Origin: a virus
Taxonomy: Duplodnaviria > Caudoviricetes
Strand: one strand, 5' to 3'
Virus record (IMG/VR): IMGVR_UViG_3300032305_003086
Coordinates: 32,001 to 96,000 of that record
DNA length: 64,000 nt
Shown here: positions 56,515 to 64,000 of the stretch, one piece after another
Layout of the letters: the number at the start of each line of letters is the position of its first letter
How positions within the stretch are numbered: the first letter of the stretch is position 1
Notes under the pieces: model-generated
Told to the model about the DNA's origin: nothing
Databases searched by the model: none
Seen by the model: only the letters and a program-made list of their open reading frames with translations
Position numbers and translations under genes: made by a program

Positions 56515-58185
56515 ATGCCAGATCAAGATTTTGATTTTGATGACGGAGAATTGACCGAAGAAGAAACATTTAAATTAAGTAGAAATACAAATCCTGACGA
56601 TGATCAAACCATAAAATATAATTGGACAGAAGAATTTCAAAGAAATATAATAGCTTTATTACTTAATGATCGTTGGTTCACTGTTCAGTGTAGAGATTTG
56701 ATAAATCCTAATTATTTTGTAGAGGAAGTTCATCAGCTACTCTGTAGAAATTTATTTTCCCATCTTGATAAGTGGAATATTTTACCACAGAAGTCTTTTG
56801 TTATAGAAGAAGTTCAGAGTTCAGTCGGCAACAAAGATGTAGAAATTAAGCAAAGATATATTTCTGAAACTGAAGCTCTTTACGCAAAATACGTTCCTAA
56901 TTTAGAGTCTAGGGAATATCTTTTAGAGAAAATTCTTAATTTTGCTAAATTGATGAGTTTGAAAAATGCGTTTGATACCTCTCTTCAATTGATGAAAAAA
57001 GACCCGGAAGAAGAATCCACTTGGGTCAAAATTCAGTCAGCTTTAAAAGAAGCTTTGCTTGTTGATAGAAATTTCAACGAAGGATTGAACTATTTTGAAA
57101 CATTTGAAGAGAGATTTCAAAGAATTACTAAAGATGAAGAGGCTCAAGAAAGATTCACAAGTGGATTTAAGAGTATTGATGACGCTTTATTGGGCGGCGG
57201 TCCTCATAGAGGTGAGATTTATTCTTGGATTGGTTTGAGTGGAACCGGAAAAAGCTTGGCTCTGGTTAGCGCTTCACTAAGAAATGTTCAACTGGGCAAA
57301 AAAGTTCTATATGTTTCTCTTGAAATGGACGAAGACAAAATTGCAGAACGATTTGACGCTCAAATAGCAAATATAAATATAAATGAAATTAAAGATAAGT
57401 CTGACGTGGTTATGAACGCTTTGTCTGAAAAAGTTCAAGATAAAGAAGATAAAAGACTTTTGGTCATTAAGCAGTTCCCGGCGGGCAGTATGACGGTCAA
57501 TACTTTGCGAGCATACATGCAGCAACTCTATATGATAGGGTTCACGCCAGATTTAGTAATTATTGATTACATCGGAGAAATGAAAGATTTTCCTGGGATG
57601 CCAACTTGGGAATCTAGATATAGAATTGTTAGAGATTTAAGAGGTTTGGCAACAGAAGAAGATATTTGCATATTTACGGCCATGCAGCCTAATAAAAGTG
57701 CAAGAGATGCCCAGAATAAAGAAGGCCTAGGACCCGGTGTTATTGACGACACCAATTTGGCAGATAGTTATGGTCAAATTAGACCTTTGGATGGTTGCTG
57801 GTCAATTAATCAAATGCATCAAGAAAAAGAAGCCGGAGTAGCCAGAATATTTGTAATTAAGCACAGGCATGGTAAAAGTAGGTTTACTTTTCATGTTGAA
57901 TATGATGCTAAACTTAATGATAAAGATGATAAGCACGTAGGCACTTTGGCTATGAATGAAATCTCTGCCGCTGAATACGACAGGATTTGGAAGATACACC
58001 AGATGAATACTGTGACCAAAGTTTCTGACGAAAATAGCCAAGAGAAAAAAGTTTGGAATAAAATGAAGGGCAAGGACAAGAATAAGAATAAGTTTTCAAA
58101 CGATGCTGGTTATAATAATCAAGACTTAGATGAATCAGATAACTTAGATCAACCTGACAATTTACAAGGAGAAAATCATGAGTGA
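56515..58185 (+). CDS. Replicative DnaB-like helicase (T4 gp41-like)
   Basis: GLSGTGKS, YVSLEM, IIDY, TAMQ, LADS, K-x-RHG. Confidence 0.92.
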   Translation: MPDQDFDFDDGELTEEETFKLSRNTNPDDDQTIKYNWTEEFQRNIIALLLNDRWFTVQCRDLINPNYFVEEVHQLLCRNLFSHLDKWNILPQKSFVIEEVQSSVGNKDVEIKQRYISETEALYAKYVPNLESREYLLEKILNFAKLMSLKNAFDTSLQLMKKDPEEESTWVKIQSALKEALLVDRNFNEGLNYFETFEERFQRITKDEEAQERFTSGFKSIDDALLGGGPHRGEIYSWIGLSGTGKSLALVSASLRNVQLGKKVLYVSLEMDEDKIAERFDAQIANININEIKDKSDVVMNALSEKVQDKEDKRLLVIKQFPAGSMTVNTLRAYMQQLYMIGFTPDLVIIDYIGEMKDFPGMPTWESRYRIVRDLRGLATEEDICIFTAMQPNKSARDAQNKEGLGPGVIDDTNLADSYGQIRPLDGCWSINQMHQEKEAGVARIFVIKHRHGKSRFTFHVEYDAKLNDKDDKHVGTLAMNEISAAEYDRIWKIHQMNTVTKVSDENSQEKKVWNKMKGKDKNKNKFSNDAGYNNQDLDESDNLDQPDNLQGENHE

Positions 58186-58684
58186 ATTAGATTATTTTAA
58201 AGAAGCTCCAATAGCGAAATCTACAATTAAAATTGGAGATCAAGAAATCGTATTGGACAATACAAGATTAGCATTTAATGAAATTACCTTAAATTCTTTT
58301 ATGGAGAATTTAGGTCTTTGGTATGATTATTTTTCACAAAAGCTAGCAGAAGCAGAGGCTTTATTAGCCTACAAAGAATACGAACATGAGCTTGCTTTTT
58401 CCTCAGCTTACGAGAAATTTAAGGAAGAAGGATGCACAGATAAATTAGCTGAAGCAAACGCCAGAAAACAATCAGATGTTTCTGATTATAAAAAAGATAC
58501 TATTTCGGCTAAACATAAGGTCATTTTATTAAAGCAGCACTTAAGATCTTGGGATAAGGCTCATGAAAACGCCCAAAGTAGAGGTCATATGATTAGAAAA
58601 GAAATGGATAAATTAAGTTCTGATATTGTGATGAAGAGAGAAATGACCGACGAAGTTGAAAGCATAGTTAGAAAAAGTAGGTGA
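58178..58684 (+). CDS. Recombination mediator UvsY-like protein
   Basis: Helical 168-aa protein (TDKLAEA) directly downstream of the helicase; pattern and context only. Confidence 0.5.
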   Translation: MSELDYFKEAPIAKSTIKIGDQEIVLDNTRLAFNEITLNSFMENLGLWYDYFSQKLAEAEALLAYKEYEHELAFSSAYEKFKEEGCTDKLAEANARKQSDVSDYKKDTISAKHKVILLKQHLRSWDKAHENAQSRGHMIRKEMDKLSSDIVMKREMTDEVESIVRKSR

Positions 58685-59439
58685 TTATGTTTTGGAAAAA
58701 ACATTTAATTTTTATATTTAAATTTGATTGTAATTATGATAATTGGATTACTTATGATAATCCCAATTATGATATTGTTCTTGTAGATGCCCAATCTAAA
58801 AATAGATGGGAAAACATAGCTTTATTATATGATAAATATAGATTTAAGACATATTTTTATAAAACAATATCTTTCATAGATTCTGATATTAAAATATCAC
58901 AACAAAAAATTAGTGATTATTTTAATATTTTTTTAAAATATAATTTGAATTTCGCTTCTCCTTCTTACAATGATCACGAATTTTTTTCGCATAAAAAATG
59001 TTTTTTAAGATATGTGAACTGTTTGCCAAGAAAGTTTTTGACATTCAATAAGTCTTCTCTTAAGAAAGCTAGAAATTATTTTTTAATAAATAAATCTGGC
59101 TCTGGTATTGAATGGGTCTTGCCAAAAATATTTGATTATAAGGGCGTTTCAATAATTGACGAAATAAATGTTGATAATAAATACAAAGAAAAAAAACAGA
59201 AGGTAGTTATAAAAGATTTAGTTTCAATTTATAATAAGTTTAATTTAGAAAGCCTGTATAATATTGAGTTTTCTAGAATAGAACATGATGAAGAAAAATG
59301 TTGGCATTGTTATCTTGATTTGTCTACAATTGAAAAAGCAAAATTTAGTCGTCCAAGTAGAAGATCCAACAATTGTTGCAAAGCAGGCTCTTCTTTGAGT
59401 AACAGGCTTATGAACTCCACTTCAGAGAACATGAGATGA
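58681..59439 (+). CDS. GT-A-like protein (DUF707-like)
   Basis: FIDSDI, ASPS, SGSGIEW, IID. Confidence 0.45.
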   Translation: MIMFWKKHLIFIFKFDCNYDNWITYDNPNYDIVLVDAQSKNRWENIALLYDKYRFKTYFYKTISFIDSDIKISQQKISDYFNIFLKYNLNFASPSYNDHEFFSHKKCFLRYVNCLPRKFLTFNKSSLKKARNYFLINKSGSGIEWVLPKIFDYKGVSIIDEINVDNKYKEKKQKVVIKDLVSIYNKFNLESLYNIEFSRIEHDEEKCWHCYLDLSTIEKAKFSRPSRRSNNCCKAGSSLSNRLMNSTSENMR

Positions 59440-60014
59440 TCGACCCAGTTAATATAACCAAATTCGATAATACAAAAGAGCAACTAGAAGAAGTTTTGCT
59501 TTTTTGGGTTTTGGCCGCTGGTAAAAATGCCATCACAGCAAGCAGATGCTTAGAGAATTTTTTAATTTTTATTCATAATAAATTTTCTATTAAACATTTT
59601 CAACCATTCGATTGTATTAAGAAAATACAAAAAGAAGATCTTCCTATTTTGATGAAAAATTATGGAATTGGTTGTTACAATAATAAAGCAAAAACATTTT
59701 GGCAATTAGCTAATTCTAATTTAGATTTAAGAAAATGTTTGGCTGATGATTTAGAAAAAATTCATGGAATTGGAATGAAAACTAGTAGGTGTTTTATAAT
59801 TCATAGTCGAAAAGATGCTAATTGCGCCGGTCTTGATGTTCATATATTGCATTTTCTAAGAGACAAAGGTTATAATGTTCCAAAACAAACGCCAATTAAG
59901 AAAAGTTATTTAGAAATAGAGAAATTATTTCTGAATATAGTGAAACAGTCAGGACTATCAGTTGCCGAATATGATCTGATGATTTGGAGAGAATACAGTG
60001 GAAGGTCAAAATGA
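59436..60014 (+). CDS. HhH-family DNA glycosylase/AP lyase (Ogg-like)
   Basis: LEKIHGIGMKTS (HhH with catalytic Lys), LDVHIL (catalytic Asp), Y-x-EIE, DLMIW. Confidence 0.8.
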   Translation: MIDPVNITKFDNTKEQLEEVLLFWVLAAGKNAITASRCLENFLIFIHNKFSIKHFQPFDCIKKIQKEDLPILMKNYGIGCYNNKAKTFWQLANSNLDLRKCLADDLEKIHGIGMKTSRCFIIHSRKDANCAGLDVHILHFLRDKGYNVPKQTPIKKSYLEIEKLFLNIVKQSGLSVAEYDLMIWREYSGRSK

Positions 60015-60262
60015 GATATAATACAATAATAGAAATTGTAAAAAACCACAATTCTGAAGCTGTTATTATCGATGGATTCGACCAGGCGATTATAGGATAC
60101 ACTCAAAGCAATCCTTCTTTTTGTATTGTATATGATATCGAAAAATGCATATCAATATTAGTTGAATTTGGCATGTCTTTAGAAGATGCCGTTGAATATT
60201 TCGACTCGAATTTTTTAGGGGCCTATATTGGTGAAAATAATCCAATATTTGTTTCTTTATGA
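60011..60262 (+). CDS. Conserved small phage protein
   Basis: DGFDQAIIG...VYD...GMS-x-EDA-x-EYF-x-x-N-x-x-GAY-x-GE-x-x-PIF; start ATG 60011. Confidence 0.7.
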   Translation: MRYNTIIEIVKNHNSEAVIIDGFDQAIIGYTQSNPSFCIVYDIEKCISILVEFGMSLEDAVEYFDSNFLGAYIGENNPIFVSL

Positions 60263-60873
60263 GTTTATCATTTGAAAATGAATTAAATAAAAAAATAAAA
60301 AGTCAGCTTATATCTCCTAAGGTTTTATTAGATAAACTAAGACTATTTGACGAAGAGTCTAGAAAGAGCAGTCAGTATCAAGACCCAACTTATTTGCCTT
60401 TTTATTTTTATTTAAGTAGATTTTTATTTCCTAAATCCATTCTACAAATTGGTCTTAATTTAGGTTTGGAGATTTGTTGTTTTTTGTATGGCAATAAAGA
60501 TGTTGAAAGTTTTTTTGGATTTCAGAGTTCGAATGATAATTTTTACTCAGAGAGATTAGCATTCTCCAATATAAAAGATATAACAAAAAAAATAAAAACA
60601 GATTATTATTATGGCAAAATATATGACAATCTGTTTTTACAAAAAGCTAAAAGTTTCGATCTTATTTTATTAACTGAGAAATCTAACTTTGATCAAATAA
60701 AAGAATCCGTTGAGATTTGCTGGGAAAAACTAAATATGGACGGTTATTTAGTAATGGATTATTTAAATTATGATAAAAAAATAAATAAAATTTTTATGGA
60801 TTTTTGCAAGTCCAAAAATAGAGAGGGATTTGTGTTTAAAACTAGGTATGGAACTGGAATTTTAAGAAAGTAA
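60259..60873 (+). CDS. Degenerate class I methyltransferase-like protein
   Basis: ILQIG-x-x-x-G, FDLI, L-x-x-x-GYLVMD, RYGTG. Confidence 0.5.
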   Translation: MSLSFENELNKKIKSQLISPKVLLDKLRLFDEESRKSSQYQDPTYLPFYFYLSRFLFPKSILQIGLNLGLEICCFLYGNKDVESFFGFQSSNDNFYSERLAFSNIKDITKKIKTDYYYGKIYDNLFLQKAKSFDLILLTEKSNFDQIKESVEICWEKLNMDGYLVMDYLNYDKKINKIFMDFCKSKNREGFVFKTRYGTGILRK

Positions 60874-60885
60874 CTAATTTATTAT

Positions 60886-61629
60886 ATGGGATTTGAAATT
60901 ACATATTTTTATAAAGAGGCAGGAGATTCTCCTGGCACATACAATGAAGAAGTTTTGTCTAAAACTACAAAAATTGGAAAGTTTGAAGAAGAAATTTCTT
61001 TAGATTTTTTGGCAGGCAAGATTATATCTCAACTGGCAAGAAGAAACATACTTATAGTTGATATCGAAATATTTGAATTTACAAAGAAAAAAGTTGGCTA
61101 CAAAGAAACTCCAACTGGAATATTTATAAAAAATAAAAAATTTAGTTTTGATAGCGGAGCTTTAGTTTCTTCTGAAGTGGTTGAAGATGAAGATCTAAAT
61201 GAAATATTACAAAATCAAGATTTATTAGAAAAATTAAAAAAAACTCTAAATATAGATTCTAATTCACAAAATTTTAAAAATATTTGTCCTCCTAGAAACA
61301 ACACCGATAATAAAAAATTTTTGAGACAAGAAGTTTATGATCCTGAAATAACAACAAAAGTAAAAGTTGAACAAAGAGGATATAAATTTACCGTTGGAAA
61401 AAGATACCCGATATACTCAGAAAAATCATCTGCCGGAATGCTAAAATATTTGACAAAAGATGACTCTGGACGAGAGGTTGAAGTTGGCTCTGAGTGTTTT
61501 GTCGTTCCTTCCGCTGGACTTTCGTTTGACGACGAAGGCCCCAAGTATCACGGAGCCGCAGTCGATGAAGTTGATTTATGGAAAAATGTTCCAATAGATC
61601 AGAGTATCCCAGACATAAGGAGAAGATAA
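60886..61629 (+). CDS. Hypothetical protein
   Basis: 247-aa ORF. Confidence 0.7.
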   Translation: MGFEITYFYKEAGDSPGTYNEEVLSKTTKIGKFEEEISLDFLAGKIISQLARRNILIVDIEIFEFTKKKVGYKETPTGIFIKNKKFSFDSGALVSSEVVEDEDLNEILQNQDLLEKLKKTLNIDSNSQNFKNICPPRNNTDNKKFLRQEVYDPEITTKVKVEQRGYKFTVGKRYPIYSEKSSAGMLKYLTKDDSGREVEVGSECFVVPSAGLSFDDEGPKYHGAAVDEVDLWKNVPIDQSIPDIRRR

Positions 61630-62057
61630 TGTCTAAAAAGCAGCAAGAAAGAAAAAAGAAAAAAAGAGAAGAAATAGCTAAAAAAAGAGTGCTGTCTAGA
61701 AGAGGTGCTCTTAGGAAGCAGTCTAGCGATAATTTAAAGTCTGCTAGATTAGATAGAAAATTTAGAGAAAAAATGGATCCTTTCGTTAAAGATGAAGAAA
61801 AAAGGAAAACAATGGAAAAATATAAGAATGAAATAATATTATCTAAGTTGGAAAAAAATGCAGAAATATTAAGAGCTTTAGAAGATGAATATTTGAGAGA
61901 AATCAATCAAAAGAAGCTAATTAATGACCAATTGGAGTCTGAGGGTCATGTGACCTTAAAAGATAAAATGGATGCATTAGAAAGCAAAATAAAAGAACAT
62001 ATGACAGAGGAACAGAAAGAAACAGGCATTATAGATTTTTCAGAAAAAAAAGACTAA
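61629..62057 (+). CDS. Hypothetical charged helical protein
   Basis: Start set to ATG 61629 (TAATG overlap; MSKKQQERKK). Confidence 0.65.
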   Translation: MSKKQQERKKKKREEIAKKRVLSRRGALRKQSSDNLKSARLDRKFREKMDPFVKDEEKRKTMEKYKNEIILSKLEKNAEILRALEDEYLREINQKKLINDQLESEGHVTLKDKMDALESKIKEHMTEEQKETGIIDFSEKKD

Positions 62058-62063
62058 AGTCTA

Positions 62064-62092
62064 TTGACTTTGCCTTCGATATTACTTATAAC
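62064..62092 (+). promoter_or_regulatory. Sigma70-type promoter of the SSB gene
   Basis: TTGACT-17 bp-TATAAC. Confidence 0.7.
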
Positions 62093-62164
62093 TTAAAAAG
62101 ATGAACGCGAAAAAGTTAGTAGCGTTTATTAACTTTCAGCAACTTTTATTAACTGGAGAAAACA

Positions 62165-63160
62165 ATGGGATTAAATATCAATGCTTTAAGTAGCGAATAT
62201 AAAGACATAAAATCTAATGAAAACTCTGCATCTGTCGGATCATTCTTAGAAAATTTTGTAAGAATGCCGGATGGGAAAGGCAGCGTTGTTCTTAGAATTC
62301 TTCCCCCCGCCCACGATGGAATGTTTGGTAGAGATGACAATCCATTTTTTCAGACAACAAGAATTCACAAGGTGAATGGAAAAAGTCTTCATGATCCTCG
62401 TGAAAAAGTAAATGGCAAATGGGTTGGAGAAAATCCGATAGGTGACTATTTGAGATGGCTCTGGAAAGAGTCGGAACAATCCTCTCCCGACGAGCGTGAC
62501 AGAATGCAGGCTCTATATAGAGAGCTAAAGCCAATTGATAGATATTATTATAATGTTATTGTCAGAGCCGAGACAGATGAAAATGGCAACGTAAAGAAAG
62601 ATGTTGGCCCTAAGATTTTGTCTGTTGGAAAAACTGTTCACGAGGCCATCCTCAGAGGAATCCTTGGCGATAAAGAAATGAATCAGCCAAAGCTTGGAGA
62701 TGTTACAGACTTCAAGACTGGTCGAGATTTCAAGTTAGTGAAAACTATTCGTAAGTCTGGAGAAAATACCTATCCAAATTATGAAAGTTCTCATTTCTTG
62801 GACGAATCTCCAGCTGGAGATCCTGAACAGTGCAAGCAATGGATGGAAAATTTACACGATCTAAAGTCTTTAAGAGTTCTAAAGCCTGCGGAAGAATTAG
62901 AGAATGAATTGATGGTCCATCTTGGATTGAAACAGGAAACAAGCTCTAGTTTTGATCCGTCCAAGTATCAGTCTAAGTCTTCTGTCGCTTCTTCTCCTGC
63001 CCCTGCCCCCAAAGTAAAGCAGGTTGTAGAAGATGATGGAGTTGAAGTCGCCTCAGTTGCCGCAACTGTTTCCAAAAAAGCAGTGAAAGAAGAATCGGAT
63101 GATGCCGATGACGAAGTGGCAGATAAAGATTTTCTAGAAGAGTTAAGAAAATTAACTTGA
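62165..63160 (+). CDS. Single-stranded DNA-binding protein (T4 gp32-like)
   Basis: LRILPP, RYYYNV, D-x-x-TGRDF, YPNYESS and an acidic C-terminal tail; GGAG SD. Confidence 0.85.
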   Translation: MGLNINALSSEYKDIKSNENSASVGSFLENFVRMPDGKGSVVLRILPPAHDGMFGRDDNPFFQTTRIHKVNGKSLHDPREKVNGKWVGENPIGDYLRWLWKESEQSSPDERDRMQALYRELKPIDRYYYNVIVRAETDENGNVKKDVGPKILSVGKTVHEAILRGILGDKEMNQPKLGDVTDFKTGRDFKLVKTIRKSGENTYPNYESSHFLDESPAGDPEQCKQWMENLHDLKSLRVLKPAEELENELMVHLGLKQETSSSFDPSKYQSKSSVASSPAPAPKVKQVVEDDGVEVASVAATVSKKAVKEESDDADDEVADKDFLEELRKLT

Positions 63161-63182
63161 TCTTTTCTTAGGTGTGGTGTGT

Positions 63183-63228
63183 GCCTCCTGCCTAGCTTTT
63201 GGTGTAGGCTAGGCAGGAGGCTTTTTTT
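63183..63228 (+). terminator. Intrinsic terminator after the SSB gene
   Basis: 14-bp stem gcctcctgcctagc / gctaggcaggaggc followed by T7. Confidence 0.9.
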
Positions 63229-63251
63229 ACAAAATACAGGAGTTAATTAAA

Positions 63252-64000
63252 TGGCTAAATCTAAAAAAAATAATGATGCAGAAATTCTTGCTGGTATATT
63301 AAATGAAACTGGCGGCGAAACTTTACGTGATGCCGGTCAAGTTCCTTACTATGTTGATACTGGCAATTTAGCTGTAAATTATGCATGTAGCGGCAAGTTT
63401 ATAAATGGAGGTTTTCCGGGTGGTAGAATTATCGAGGCTTTCGGCCCTGAAGCCTCTGGAAAATCTTTTTTGGGTTACTGCTTTATGCATTCTGTTCAAA
63501 AAATGAATGGGATTGCAATTTTATTGGATTGTGAGAGATCCAGCGGAGCCGAATTCGCAGAAAGATGTGGTCACGTCGATCCGGATTCGTTAGTTGTGTA
63601 TGATCCTGTTTCTCTTGAACAAGTTGAAAGAAAAATAACAACCGTTGTCAATAAAATAAGGGCAGCTTTCCCAGACAAGCCTATAGGAATTGTTTGGGAT
63701 TCAATAGGCGTTAATCCGACTGATAGAGAGTGGGGTTCCATAGACCTTCCAGAAAATCCAACGCAGCAACAAATTTCTGCCGCTGGCGGAAATGAGCGAC
63801 CCGGCGAACGTGCCAAAGCTGCAAATAAAGTTTTGAGAAGTTTGAATCCATTCCTAAATAATAATAACGCTACTCTTTATGTGATTAATCAAGTTAGGAA
63901 AAAAATTGGAGTTATTTATGGAAATGACGAAACAACTTCTGGTGGTGGCGAGGCTCTGAAATTTTATGCCTCTTTAAGACTTCGCTGTGGTGCTCCAAAG
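63252..64000 (+). CDS. uvsX: RecA/UvsX recombinase, 3'-truncated by the window edge
   Basis: Not in the track. MAKSKK...DTG...GGFPGGRIIEAFGPEASGKS...DCE...VWDS...INQVR...TSGGG-x-ALKFYASLR; AGGAG SD. Confidence 0.93.

Noticed and set aside
7842-58185. Inteins or introns in nrdA, nrdB, the helicases or the polymerase
   Set aside because: The proteins are normal or short in length with contiguous motifs and no intein splice-junction signatures.
1-64000. Stop-codon reassignment (code 15 or code 4)
   Set aside because: Core genes are full length under code 11, and TAG, TGA and TAA all end genes at tight junctions.

Overview
This is a 64-kb segment of a large, AT-rich, T4-like (Caudoviricetes, jumbo/huge-phage type) dsDNA phage genome using the standard genetic code. 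It has four parts. (i) A T4-style replication/recombination core: gp46/gp47 (SbcC/SbcD), UvsW, gp41 helicase, UvsY, gp32 SSB, UvsX/RecA, a Holliday-junction resolvase and a gp55-like sigma factor. (ii) Nucleotide and auxiliary metabolism: nrdA/nrdB, dut, hpt, guaC, map, a YhaM-like HD nuclease, an HhH glycosylase and a class II glutamine amidotransferase that starts at ATT. (iii) About 12 glycosyltransferase-like genes in three clusters, plus sulfotransferase-like, 2OG-Fe(II) oxygenase, three radical SAM and DegT genes. These surround giant Thr/Pro mucin-like, Gly-rich, lectin-domain putative virion proteins. (iv) About 10 small proteins sharing a T4 capsid-targeting-like N-terminus, mostly preceded by a leaderless TATAT(A)TT promoter-like motif. 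The most striking unexplained element is a ~450-nt ORF-free, highly structured region at ~52330-52790 (three GAAA tetraloop hairpins, nested long-range helices, a 9-bp GC-rich long-range pairing). It lies directly upstream of a small basic protein, a thumbless exonuclease-degenerate family A polymerase and the sigma factor, and is a candidate novel ncRNA-polymerase module. All calls come from motif recognition and manual base-pair inspection; no searches or folding programs were run.
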